The translations under genes were made by a program, and so were the position numbers. Positions 37,227-46,576 of a stretch of DNA of 64,000 bases are shown here, in pieces. The notes under the pieces were generated by a model. That model worked only from the letters and a program-made list of their open reading frames with translations, was not told the DNA's origin and did no database searches. The stretch is from a virus. The stretch is taken from IMG/VR virus record IMGVR_UViG_3300021964_000024, positions 32,001-96,000 of that record; one strand, 5' to 3'. Positions within the stretch are counted from its first letter, which is position 1, and each line of letters opens with the position of its first letter.

Positions 37227-38633
37227 TTATACCGTTTCTACCAGTGCTTTTGGTACTGTTGAATTAAAAATGTTATCAAAGATTCCTTGGTACATAGCGT
37301 ACAGGGCATCCTTGTGAGGAGTAATAAGTTCGTAATCAAACTTGTCCTTGAGGATCTTTCTCTGTATCGGTGAGTCCATACCGAATTCCTGTAACCATCC
37401 CTTTGGACACTTCAACACCTCATGGAAAATTCTCCTGTCATTATATAGTGATCCACACATCACGTCATTATTCTGTGATATGGCACGAGTATAGAACTTA
37501 GGTGTTGTCCACTTTACCATAGCATTCAAGGAGTCCTCACGTGATCTATCTTTATTAAACCACCCCCCTACAAACTGTTCTAAGATCTCCTCGAACGTTT
37601 CATCATCACCCAAGGTATATGTTGCACCGTACTGACCACCCTTGGACGCAATATCCTTTCTTAGTTTGGAAACAACAGACTCTTGATCCTCGTTCCAAAA
37701 CTCATACGCCAACATCTGCATGTGGGGAATGAGATCTCGAAAGAACATCTCATCACCGTTGACTCCGTACATCACTATATCTGGTTTGACTTCACAGTCT
37801 GCAATTTGTTTCATCGTAGGTAAGATAGTTGCCCATCTTGTACTGGAATCATTCAAATACTTTTCAGTATACTCCTTTGCACGGTTCATGTCAAATTCTT
37901 CGAACAGTACGTTTGGATAGTGTGTCGCAATCTCACGTTTATACTTGTGACCATTTTCGCCAGCTAAACATGGTACAACTGTGTACATGTATTGTGGATC
38001 TTCATAAAAGTAGTGAGACTGCAGTGCAGAGTCTATACCCTCTGATAGAGCAATGAATCTATTAGGATACCTGTCCTTGATAACTTGTGCATGACCACTC
38101 ATACACTCGTGAATGAAATCGACCAGTTCTTCGGGATCATTCCTTACTTCAGATTCGTATGCATCACGAGAATCTTGTGTGTATCGATATGAGGGTAGTA
38201 AAGAATTGATGTGACCAAAGAAGGTCTGACGTTCTTTACCAGAAAACTCTCTACGAAGAAATGGTTCATATTGCAAAGACTTCTGTACAATGTCTGATTC
38301 TTGTATCGTCATCCATGGAAGGTGATTGGATAACTCGAACCCATATATCTGAGAAGTAAAGATCTTGTGGTTGTTGAAGTAGTCTAGTGCATAGTCAATT
38401 TTATGAGGTAGAATACGTACCGCAAAGAAATTACCGTTGGCATTTTGTAGTGACCACCAGTCATCCAATAGGGTTTCGATGGGTTGCTCGATAGTGTATC
38501 CCTGCCAGAGTAGAACATATCCCGTACCACTATGTACGTTGACTTCATCATCATGACAGTAGTAGTACTTACCGAAATTTTTTACTTCATGATTTTTTAT
38601 TTTTTTGGGATTCGTACAGACGAAAAACTTCAC
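37227..38633 (-). CDS. asparagine-synthetase-like PP-loop amidoligase
   Basis: ALSEGIDS PP-loop, GVNGDEMF; degenerate N-terminal GAT-like region (NGNF, D.FN..KIF). Confidence 0.65.
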   Translation of the reverse strand: MKFFVCTNPKKIKNHEVKNFGKYYYCHDDEVNVHSGTGYVLLWQGYTIEQPIETLLDDWWSLQNANGNFFAVRILPHKIDYALDYFNNHKIFTSQIYGFELSNHLPWMTIQESDIVQKSLQYEPFLRREFSGKERQTFFGHINSLLPSYRYTQDSRDAYESEVRNDPEELVDFIHECMSGHAQVIKDRYPNRFIALSEGIDSALQSHYFYEDPQYMYTVVPCLAGENGHKYKREIATHYPNVLFEEFDMNRAKEYTEKYLNDSSTRWATILPTMKQIADCEVKPDIVMYGVNGDEMFFRDLIPHMQMLAYEFWNEDQESVVSKLRKDIASKGGQYGATYTLGDDETFEEILEQFVGGWFNKDRSREDSLNAMVKWTTPKFYTRAISQNNDVMCGSLYNDRRIFHEVLKCPKGWLQEFGMDSPIQRKILKDKFDYELITPHKDALYAMYQGIFDNIFNSTVPKALVETV

Positions 38634-38643
38634 CTAAATTTCC

Positions 38644-39117
38644 TCATATTTTTACCCAATAGGATTTTTCGTAACTCTGTAACATATACTCTTTATACAT
38701 GACACCTGTCTCTTGCGATATGTCACCCAGTACGTCTTTTACTGATTCGTGATTCTCTACTCTCCACTTATCTATATCTATTCCTCTCTGACCGTGCAAC
38801 CACGGAGTGACCATTATCCACCCATCATTGACTTCGGTAATGAATCCACATTGATCCGGTCTTGTTTCTAAATCAAGACCATACTTCAGGTATCCACAAT
38901 CAAAGGATCGGCAGACGTGCGGTCTCTTTTCGTAGATTTTACAGTCACCGGATTTCGAGCACAGTTTATTACAACCGGATCCCCAGTCGTATTTGATACC
39001 CTCTTTCAGGGCGACTTTCTGCGATAGGATGATATCAGGATCTTGTCTGGTGTACCAGTTGTCGTGAGTGAATCCTAGTGAGTCGCAACAAGCCGTGCAA
39101 TCTCCACATGGGTTCAT
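38644..39117 (-). CDS. YkgJ-like CxxCxxCC metal-binding protein
   Basis: CGDCTACC...CKIYEKRPHVCRSFDC. Confidence 0.8.
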   Translation of the reverse strand: MNPCGDCTACCDSLGFTHDNWYTRQDPDIILSQKVALKEGIKYDWGSGCNKLCSKSGDCKIYEKRPHVCRSFDCGYLKYGLDLETRPDQCGFITEVNDGWIMVTPWLHGQRGIDIDKWRVENHESVKDVLGDISQETGVMYKEYMLQSYEKSYWVKI

Positions 39118-39476
39118 AGATTTCGTAACCTATCCACCACGAACATATCTTGATCGATACCGACCAGATCATTACCTTCAAGTGCTTTCAAAAAGATAAG
39201 AAACGGTTTGAGAGCAGACCAGTGTTCTGGTTCTATCTTGAGTGCTAACATCTCAACACCAGATTCGAATCCCCAACAATTGAAGATCACGATCAGGTGA
39301 TTAAGGATGAGTCTTTCGGAGAGTTCTTGTGTGTCTCTATAACGATTGAGTAATCGCTTGACATACTTGAATCGTTTGATGTCATCGAAGAATTCTTCAC
39401 TGTCTATGCAGGTAGGATTATAATAATTCTGCGCTGCATAGAGCGTGAAGGTTTTGGGGGTCAGTTCTAATTTCAT
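39114..39476 (-). CDS. conserved hypothetical protein
   Basis: YAAQNYYNP.C...EF.DD.KRFKY.KRL...ERLILNHLIV. Confidence 0.65.
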   Translation of the reverse strand: MKLELTPKTFTLYAAQNYYNPTCIDSEEFFDDIKRFKYVKRLLNRYRDTQELSERLILNHLIVIFNCWGFESGVEMLALKIEPEHWSALKPFLIFLKALEGNDLVGIDQDMFVVDRLRNL

Positions 39477-39494
39477 AATATATCTAGTTGTAAA

Positions 39495-39809
39495 TTAAGA
39501 GAGTGCTTCGATCAATACTGCCTTCGTTGCGTACTTGGAAACTTCAACACCAGTTGACTCTGCGAGTGCAACTAGTTCTGCTTTGGTCATATTTTCGAGA
39601 GACTTGTTACCTACAGGTGCTTCATGCAACATTGCAGGTGCTTCGTGTACTACTTCTTCGACTACAACTTGACCAGAATCAGGATTGATATATGCAGCAA
39701 TGTCATCTGCACTCAATCTAGTGGAGATCAAAAGTTCTCCTGTGTTTGGATCTGCCCATCCACGTGGAGTGGGCACTGCGTCTGTACACCATCTTGGGGG
39801 TTGTAACAT
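39495..39809 (-). CDS. protein with C-terminal HeH/Rho_N-like domain
   Basis: LENMTKAELVALAESTGVEVSKYATKAVLIEAL. Confidence 0.6.
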   Translation of the reverse strand: MLQPPRWCTDAVPTPRGWADPNTGELLISTRLSADDIAAYINPDSGQVVVEEVVHEAPAMLHEAPVGNKSLENMTKAELVALAESTGVEVSKYATKAVLIEALS

Positions 39810-39825
39810 AATTTACTCCTTATCA

Positions 39826-40584
39826 TTACTCAGGGGTTTTACCAGAGAGAATCGCACGAATCACTTCGAACTCTGTCATCTCTTTTTTCACTTTAACATC
39901 TTTAGGTGGTAAAACCTTTTCCATGTCTTCGTGATCTTTTTTGTCAACTTTATGTTTAGCAATGAAGTCCTTACCAGACTTGGATTCTTTGTCATCCATC
40001 TTCTCTGCTTCTGTTGCACCCTTTGCCTGAGCAGCTTTTGCTTCAAACATTGCATCAATAGCATGGAGTAACTCTGCAGTTGCGTCAGATAGGTCTACAC
40101 CCATGTAACTCTCTTTCTTGGTTTTACCGTGCTTCTTCTCACCAATTTTAGAGATCTCGGCAGTCTTGTCGGCAGTGCGAGGGTTCTTATCCTTCTTCTT
40201 AGGATCTTCAGGTTTTTCGTCTTCACCATCAGCGTCTACAGGATCTTCTTCTTTCTCATCCTTTTCTGCTTCTGACTCTTCCTCATCACCATTTTTCTTT
40301 GGAGGGAAAGGCTTCTTCTTCTTCTCTTCGCCTTCCTCTTCGTCTTCTGATTCTTTCTTCACTGCATTCTTGGCAGGTTTCTTACCACCGTCGATTGCAT
40401 CGTCCGTTGCGGCACGTCTCTTATGAAGATACTCATCTGAAGAATCTACGTCTCCATCGTTATCGATATCCTTGTCCTTACGATCTTTGAACTTCTTGTC
40501 GTTCGCTTTATCGTCTACAGGATCAAGTTTGTTTTTTTCGGAGACCATTTCCAAATATGCCTCCATAGTTTTTTGAATTGACAT
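39826..40584 (-). CDS. highly charged late protein with DxDxDG loop (candidate internal head protein)
   Basis: DIDNDGDVDSSDEYLHKRR; late promoter at 40657-40664. Confidence 0.6.
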   Translation of the reverse strand: MSIQKTMEAYLEMVSEKNKLDPVDDKANDKKFKDRKDKDIDNDGDVDSSDEYLHKRRAATDDAIDGGKKPAKNAVKKESEDEEEGEEKKKKPFPPKKNGDEEESEAEKDEKEEDPVDADGEDEKPEDPKKKDKNPRTADKTAEISKIGEKKHGKTKKESYMGVDLSDATAELLHAIDAMFEAKAAQAKGATEAEKMDDKESKSGKDFIAKHKVDKKDHEDMEKVLPPKDVKVKKEMTEFEVIRAILSGKTPE

Positions 40585-40594
40585 TGTTAGTCTC

Positions 40595-40876
40595 CTAGAA
40601 CCAAAACATTTTAATTAGACCACCCAACAGTATTGTCGTAGTGACCCATGCAACTTTATTTATAATCCCCACTGTGTGAGCATTCTCGTTTACCTTCACC
40701 TCTATCTGATCTAACTTTTGAGAGAAGCGGTTCATCCTATCGAAGTTAGCGTGATTGTTTTTTTCAATCGCTATCAACTTCTCTTCCGCTCTCGCCAGAC
40801 TGATCATTGCGTCTGAAAGTTTATCTATTTTACCCTCGATCCTATCGAGACGTTTAGCTTGTGTTTCTGCTGCCAT
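40595..40876 (-). CDS. coiled-coil protein with C-terminal TM
   Basis: RLDRIEGKIDKL; late promoter at 40916-40923. Confidence 0.6.
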   Translation of the reverse strand: MAAETQAKRLDRIEGKIDKLSDAMISLARAEEKLIAIEKNNHANFDRMNRFSQKLDQIEVKVNENAHTVGIINKVAWVTTTILLGGLIKMFWF

Positions 40877-40918
40877 GTGAGGACTTTCCCATTTAATAAA
40901 GTACAAATATACTTCTAT

Positions 40919-41209
40919 TTATACAGTTTTAATTCTTATGACTAGTTGATCTTCACCTTTTATGACTCTATGAAAGGTCATTTTTGGTATAAACAACTTG
41001 TCACCCTTGTTTAATAATCTAGGAAGTTCGTTGTCAAACTGGAATTTCCAACCTTGTCCAGTCTGTTCAATATAGACATACCTGTCCTCACTATCCATAT
41101 GCCAAATGTAATCCATTGGATTACTGTGTATATCAAATGATCTTAGAACATCTCCGTTCATCAACTCATATTGAGTATATGGTCTACCAGAAGAAGTTTC
41201 CACCACCAC
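40919..41209 (-). CDS. cupin-fold protein
   Basis: WH.D.EDR...GWKFQFDNELP...IPK..FHRVIKG. Confidence 0.65.
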   Translation of the reverse strand: MVVETSSGRPYTQYELMNGDVLRSFDIHSNPMDYIWHMDSEDRYVYIEQTGQGWKFQFDNELPRLLNKGDKLFIPKMTFHRVIKGEDQLVIRIKTV

Positions 41210-41696
41210 TTAATCCTAGTTGCTTTGCGTATCTAGGCAATCTACATGCCCAGTATGCCGCAGAAGTTTTGTCATTCTGTTGTGCACACTTGTGACGTGC
41301 AGCGAATGACTTACGTGCTTCAGGATCATTCAACTTGACCTTGAGTCCAGTCGTATCACCCCATGACACTTTCTTAATGTTACCAGTAGATGGATCCTTG
41401 ACGTACACGTAGTACTTCTTCGGGCCACCTGCCTTTGGTTTGTTCAGTTCTGGTTGCTTCTCTTCTTCGAAGATACAGTCCAGTGCAACGTGTTCACCAT
41501 TGAACTCTGCGAACTCACCAAGGTTTGATTCCATGATGTCTACTTCGTTTGGTTGAACCTCAATATCACCGTTCTGATACTGTTCACGCTTTTCACGCCA
41601 GTACTCGAAGTATCTCTCAGATCCTACACGGTATGGATTGTCCTCAACTAGTTTGGACTCAGATCCGCATTCGCAATGTTCGTTAAATGTCTTCAT
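41184..41696 (-). CDS. CTS-bearing protein (DUF6321-like C-terminal domain)
   Basis: MKTFNEHCE start; KKVSWGD...ARKSFAARHKC...AAYWACR. Confidence 0.6.
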   Translation of the reverse strand: MKTFNEHCECGSESKLVEDNPYRVGSERYFEYWREKREQYQNGDIEVQPNEVDIMESNLGEFAEFNGEHVALDCIFEEEKQPELNKPKAGGPKKYYVYVKDPSTGNIKKVSWGDTTGLKVKLNDPEARKSFAARHKCAQQNDKTSAAYWACRLPRYAKQLGLSGGGNFFW

Positions 41697-42817
41697 GTGA
41701 TATACGTATTCAGTTCGTACTTACCACCACCCATGCCATAGACTTGGACTGCAAGTTTCTTTTTAGGATTGTCCTTGAGTTTCAGTGTGAAACTGTTGGT
41801 CTTACCGTCAGAGGGTTTCTTCGGCCCCATAGCGACTTGACGGTCTACATCATCCATATCAACTTCATGTCCCTTCTTCTTCGCCCATGCATATGCGTGT
41901 TGCATTGCCGCAGAGTAAGTCTTGTGATATAGGTCATACCCAGACGAAGACTTAGAACCCATCTTAGGTGGTTCTTGCTTCTTTGGTGTTGCCCTACGTT
42001 GACCACGGTAGTATGCTTCACGAATCTGTGAGAGAGGTTTACCGACTTCCTCTTTTACAATTTTGGTCATGACCGCAGCCATGTCACCCAGTGCAAGTGT
42101 TGCGTCCTTACCACCACGACTGTACAGGAAGTACTTCATGCCGCCTGGCTTACCCTTGGGATACATCTGGATCTTATCCACGTTGTACTTAGCACTACGT
42201 GACTTACCTTTTACAACAAAGGTAGTAGTAGTCCCTTTACGAATAGATGAGTCATAAGTGATAGTGACTTCATCACCCTTCTTCAACTTATCGAAATCTT
42301 TACGAGGCATCGCCATTTCACTCAACGTTGATTCTTTCAATTTATAACCCATCTTGTCAAACTTGTCGTGATCTGCAGGAGTATTTACTTTAACGCTTTT
42401 ACCTGTCTTAGGATTATACATCATATGAGGTTCGAAGTCAACACTTTCACCTTTCTCTTTCTTAGAGATTGCGATTGCCGCTTGTTGTGCAGGGGATACT
42501 GCTTCGTTCTTACTTCTAAGTACTGCAGCTACCTGTTTGTGCTTAGACAAACCTTTCTTGATCTTTTCGATTGCCTTGACCGCACCAGTGTAGTTACCAC
42601 CCGCATATCGTTTATCAGATGCAACACCGATTGCCATCTTGATTTCTTTGGGGGTGAAACCCTCCGCAACCTTCTTAGCCTGTGCAGTAGCGATTGCCAT
42701 TTTCTTATCCATTGGCATGTCTGGATCGTCTTTCTCAATCGCTTTTGCAATTTCCTCACGCTTCTTTTTCTCAGCGGGAGTAAGGGTCTTTTCTCTTAGG
42801 GAATCAAAACTTCTCAT
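41693..42817 (-). CDS. CTS-bearing multi-module basic protein
   Basis: MRSFDSLRE start; short basic modules separated by xxE motifs. Confidence 0.6.
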   Translation of the reverse strand: MRSFDSLREKTLTPAEKKKREEIAKAIEKDDPDMPMDKKMAIATAQAKKVAEGFTPKEIKMAIGVASDKRYAGGNYTGAVKAIEKIKKGLSKHKQVAAVLRSKNEAVSPAQQAAIAISKKEKGESVDFEPHMMYNPKTGKSVKVNTPADHDKFDKMGYKLKESTLSEMAMPRKDFDKLKKGDEVTITYDSSIRKGTTTTFVVKGKSRSAKYNVDKIQMYPKGKPGGMKYFLYSRGGKDATLALGDMAAVMTKIVKEEVGKPLSQIREAYYRGQRRATPKKQEPPKMGSKSSSGYDLYHKTYSAAMQHAYAWAKKKGHEVDMDDVDRQVAMGPKKPSDGKTNSFTLKLKDNPKKKLAVQVYGMGGGKYELNTYIT

Positions 42818-43092
42818 CTTGGCCTCGGTGGTTGGTATCCTGCTTTCTTCAGAAGGTCTTTTGCTTTTACACGATCATGGTACATGAACTGATACTGCTT
42901 ACCATTCTTTAAATCCTTAACGATGTAACTCTTCGGCCCCATCTTAATGATCTTACCTTCTCTCTTATCACCGTTCTCACTCTTGTAGAAATCAACCTCT
43001 CTACCTACACTGATAGAGTTCTTGGTTTCAGCACCCATACCTTTAGTTGCGAGAACACGGTAATTCTCTCTTAATTCTTTAAACGTCTTCAT
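42814..43092 (-). CDS. CTS-bearing small basic protein
   Basis: MKTFKELRE, close to the T4 IPI start MKTFKEF. Confidence 0.6.
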   Translation of the reverse strand: MKTFKELRENYRVLATKGMGAETKNSISVGREVDFYKSENGDKREGKIIKMGPKSYIVKDLKNGKQYQFMYHDRVKAKDLLKKAGYQPPRPR

Positions 43093-43361
43093 GCCAGATC
43101 CTTGTCGTGATTAAGGTTACCCTTCTTTTTCTTAACTATAAATGCATTGACTCGTGCCATTCCCCACTGCTGTGGTGTAGTGCCGGGTCTATGCCCTGTT
43201 TTCCATGCAGCGACTCCACGATTGTATACCTTCTTCAATGTCTCCGGAGAGATACCAGACTTCTTTGCTTTTGCCGCAATGCCATCTGGGCCTTCTTTGA
43301 CATCAAGAGTATCGTATAGAGAATAACGCCCCTCTTCCAAATACTTACTAAAACCTATCAT
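43089..43361 (-). CDS. CTS-bearing DUF5824-like protein
   Basis: MIGFSKYLEE; LKKVYNRGVAAWKTGHRPGTTPQQWGMARVNAF. Confidence 0.6.
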   Translation of the reverse strand: MIGFSKYLEEGRYSLYDTLDVKEGPDGIAAKAKKSGISPETLKKVYNRGVAAWKTGHRPGTTPQQWGMARVNAFIVKKKKGNLNHDKDLA

Positions 43362-44983
43362 TTGGTTGCCCTATTTTTTTGTTTAGCACGAGCGAGTCGT
43401 GCACGATCTAATAACTTGTCGTGTTTGATCTTATCTGATTCTTTCTCACGTTCGATGTCTGCACGTGCATTCTTAACTGGATCGGTTTCTTCGTTTTTAA
43501 CCATCTTACCCAGTGCTCTGACATCTAACTTGAGTCCGTGTTTACGAACCAACTCTGAAGCATAGTACTCAGGGGAGTGTCTGTTGTTGTCCTTCTCCAT
43601 CTGTTTCTTGATGTAGTCTGCAACTTGACTATACTGTTTTTTCTGTATAGTTTTAGACATCCATCTCCTTAACATCTGAGGGGTAGTCTCTGCATTGAGA
43701 CACATCTCAAACGAGATCTCTAAACCCTCACTGAGTTGTGCGTCAGTGTAGAACCTCTTCAGTTCACGGTTGAGACCAGAGAGCATTGCAGGTTTTAGGA
43801 GTTTGAAAATGACACCCTTGTCGGTGTTTCCGTCGAACTTCAACACGCCCTTCTTCTCGTATTTCTGGAGAATGTCTACGACCTTATCTTCATCCTTACC
43901 CAAGTTGTCCATACGGACGTGTACTTCTTTCTCTTTCGCTTCGTTGTACATATCCTTGAACGCCTTCGTGTACTTCGAAGGTTTGGTCTCTGCACTCTTA
44001 TCGCCAGGCGCAGGTTTGTACGCAGACGAATCGTCATCGTCTTTCTTACCGTGCTTCTTGAAGTGTGCGTCTCTCTTTGCCTTGGTGGACTTCTTCAGTC
44101 CTGCATGATATCGGGCAGGTTGAGTTCCCTCTCTATCTTTGATATCTGGGTCTTGTTTTTCAACGAGTTCGACTGCATCCAACCATTTGCGTAGTCGAGT
44201 GCCATCTGTGCGTTCGACGATAACGTAATTTGCTCCGAGCACTGAGACTGTAACCAGTTCGTCATTTTCTTTGACAACCACTGTGTCACCGACCTCATAC
44301 AGTTCCCCCTGTACGTATTGTTCTCTTGTTTCTGAAACAGGTTTTAGTGAGATGTGGTTCTTGAATTCGGTAGTCTCTTTGAGACCCATACCAGTACGCA
44401 CATCATTGAATAGTTTACGTGCGTCCTTGTTGGACATTGTTTTTGGTACACCCTGAGAGAATGTAACGAAGTCATTCTTAGAGGCGTTCTCACGTTGCTT
44501 AGATGCAGACATACCTTCTACACCCGCCGCATCTGGATCACGTGCACCCGCAGAGATCACATTGATACTCTTGAAGTTGTAGAATCCGTGACGTGCCTTC
44601 TTACCGTTGTACTTGTTCAGGAGAACTTCAAACTCACGGATGCGATCTTCACCCACAACCATGTTGACCTTGGTGTAACCTGCATTGTAAAGTTTGTTTG
44701 CAACGTCGAATACATTGCGACAGTCCTTATCCATAATCACTTGACGTGCATGTTTTGGAAACATTTTACGCACGTGCTTGATCTTATCTGAGTAGGACAG
44801 AGGATCTTTCTTAGGATTAGATACCTGAGATAAGTATACCTTGTAGTCTGACTTACCTGACTTAGATGCAAGAGTGTCCATAACCTTACCATGTCCTATG
44901 GTAGGTGGGTTCATACGTCCGAAGGTAAAGTAGACTTCTCTCTCTTCTTCTAGTAGGTACTGCGAGAAATTCTTAATCGGCAC
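43358..44983 (-). CDS. cytidylyltransferase-like (HIGH-superfamily) nucleotidyltransferase with appended modules
   Basis: FTFGRMNPPTIGH, MVVGEDR, SAGARDPD, MSASKQR; GTG start giving MPIKNFSQYLLEE. Confidence 0.8.
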   Translation of the reverse strand: MPIKNFSQYLLEEEREVYFTFGRMNPPTIGHGKVMDTLASKSGKSDYKVYLSQVSNPKKDPLSYSDKIKHVRKMFPKHARQVIMDKDCRNVFDVANKLYNAGYTKVNMVVGEDRIREFEVLLNKYNGKKARHGFYNFKSINVISAGARDPDAAGVEGMSASKQRENASKNDFVTFSQGVPKTMSNKDARKLFNDVRTGMGLKETTEFKNHISLKPVSETREQYVQGELYEVGDTVVVKENDELVTVSVLGANYVIVERTDGTRLRKWLDAVELVEKQDPDIKDREGTQPARYHAGLKKSTKAKRDAHFKKHGKKDDDDSSAYKPAPGDKSAETKPSKYTKAFKDMYNEAKEKEVHVRMDNLGKDEDKVVDILQKYEKKGVLKFDGNTDKGVIFKLLKPAMLSGLNRELKRFYTDAQLSEGLEISFEMCLNAETTPQMLRRWMSKTIQKKQYSQVADYIKKQMEKDNNRHSPEYYASELVRKHGLKLDVRALGKMVKNEETDPVKNARADIEREKESDKIKHDKLLDRARLARAKQKNRATK

Positions 44984-45353
44984 TCTGACTTCCCTTCTTC
45001 TTTCTTGCAAGTTCTGCTTTGCGAACTTGTGGAATCATCTTACGTGCTAACTTGTCGATAACCGCTTTCTTCTTATCCAGTTGTTTCTCTATGTTCTGTC
45101 TACGAGACATAGAGAGTTCTGCCTTAGGAATGTCTTTGGTTATCTTCTTGAGTAATACTTCACGTGCAGCTTTACGTGCACGTTTCTTGAGAACGTCTAG
45201 ACTAGCAATTTTCTTTGCCGCTCTCTTTCTACCGATAGCGATCTTTGCTTTGTTCTTTTTGAATGCACGTGAGCGAGCCATGCGTTGTTGCATGGACAAT
45301 GCCTCGTCGGGAGACTCGCTAAATTGTTTGAATCGTAACGGACTATCCGCCAT
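44973..45353 (-). CDS. very basic CTS-like protein
   Basis: LRFKQFSE start, Arg/Lys-rich. Confidence 0.6.
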   Translation of the reverse strand: MADSPLRFKQFSESPDEALSMQQRMARSRAFKKNKAKIAIGRKRAAKKIASLDVLKKRARKAAREVLLKKITKDIPKAELSMSRRQNIEKQLDKKKAVIDKLARKMIPQVRKAELARKKKGSQSAD

Positions 45354-45355
45354 TT

Positions 45356-46576
45356 TTAATTCCTCGTAGGTTTATCCCATCCTTTAAGTATATCTGGTGA
45401 AAAGTTGTTGTATGAAAATTCCATACGATCAACAAGTTTCACTGCATCACCACCAAGTATATCGATTGCAACGTAACCCTCTTCTCCGGTTACCTTATAC
45501 CCTTGATTTGTTTTGACAAAAGTATCAATCTTCTTCAAACTGTTAAGTTTATTTATAAGTTTTAGTTTCGCAAGTATGATGACTTTTTGCAATTCAATCA
45601 TTTTTATTAGACTCGCCTTGTTCGTAGGTGAGAAGAATACCATGATTGCATCTAATTTGTCCTGTTGTGTTTTCTTTCCTCTTGCGGTGCTTCGTGCATT
45701 GATTTGCTTCTGATACTTCTGCTTAATCCAACGGATAAGTCCCGCAACATGTCTTCTTGAATCGGGGATAACTGTTCCCGCACGTACATACGTGTTGTAG
45801 TATTGTTCGATAAGTTTTGCGAGATCTTCGTTCGCTTCGAGCGTCCTAAGAGTCGTTCCCGAAATTTGGTTAAACAACTTACCGGCTTGCGATAGATACC
45901 CATTGACCTCTTCTGTCTCCTCTTGCGTCATGGTTGCTTTAGTCGCATCCGTCAACATGGCATCCTGAGACCAAACATTACTTGATTTTTTGAATCCTTT
46001 TACGTTTACACCATACGATGCTTTCATGTTTTCGAATGTAGTACCGTTATATGTAGTATGCCACACTATACCGATTTTTGCAGATCGTATCTCTGCAGCG
46101 GCATCATAGGGTACTGCATATGCGATTGTGTTGGGGTGAAATACTGTGTACTTCTCTTTGTCTATTGTTTTGGTTTCAAGGTCATCTGAACTGAACAGGA
46201 AGTCTCCCTGTATCACACCCTTGATACCTAGATCTGGTAGATACTGCAAAGCAGCTTTCATCTTAGATGCAAGATCACCAGACATATCTGCATCGATCTC
46301 TGCATTAGTCTTATAGACCTTTGGGTTCTTTGCAAAGATACCTTTCTTCGCCACAAAGAACTCACCGTCTCGTGGATCTTCACCACAGAAAATTGCAGGT
46401 GCACCATCCCACTTAACAGAAACTCTTCCGTCCTTTTTACCAGATAACATATCACGCAGTTCACGTAGTGCATTGATTGCTTGACGTGTACCGTTCACAC
46501 CACCATAGAGAACCTTGTCCTCAATATGGGTCATGTGGGTGTTCTTCTGTTCTGTGATAAACTCTGCGAAATTCAT
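45356..46576 (-). CDS. DUF6267-like protein with ATP-dependent ligase-type motifs
   Basis: MNFAEFITE start; KWDG (motif I), QGD, EEGYV (motif IV), VKLVDR (motif V). Confidence 0.6.
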   Translation of the reverse strand: MNFAEFITEQKNTHMTHIEDKVLYGGVNGTRQAINALRELRDMLSGKKDGRVSVKWDGAPAIFCGEDPRDGEFFVAKKGIFAKNPKVYKTNAEIDADMSGDLASKMKAALQYLPDLGIKGVIQGDFLFSSDDLETKTIDKEKYTVFHPNTIAYAVPYDAAAEIRSAKIGIVWHTTYNGTTFENMKASYGVNVKGFKKSSNVWSQDAMLTDATKATMTQEETEEVNGYLSQAGKLFNQISGTTLRTLEANEDLAKLIEQYYNTYVRAGTVIPDSRRHVAGLIRWIKQKYQKQINARSTARGKKTQQDKLDAIMVFFSPTNKASLIKMIELQKVIILAKLKLINKLNSLKKIDTFVKTNQGYKVTGEEGYVAIDILGGDAVKLVDRMEFSYNNFSPDILKGWDKPTRN

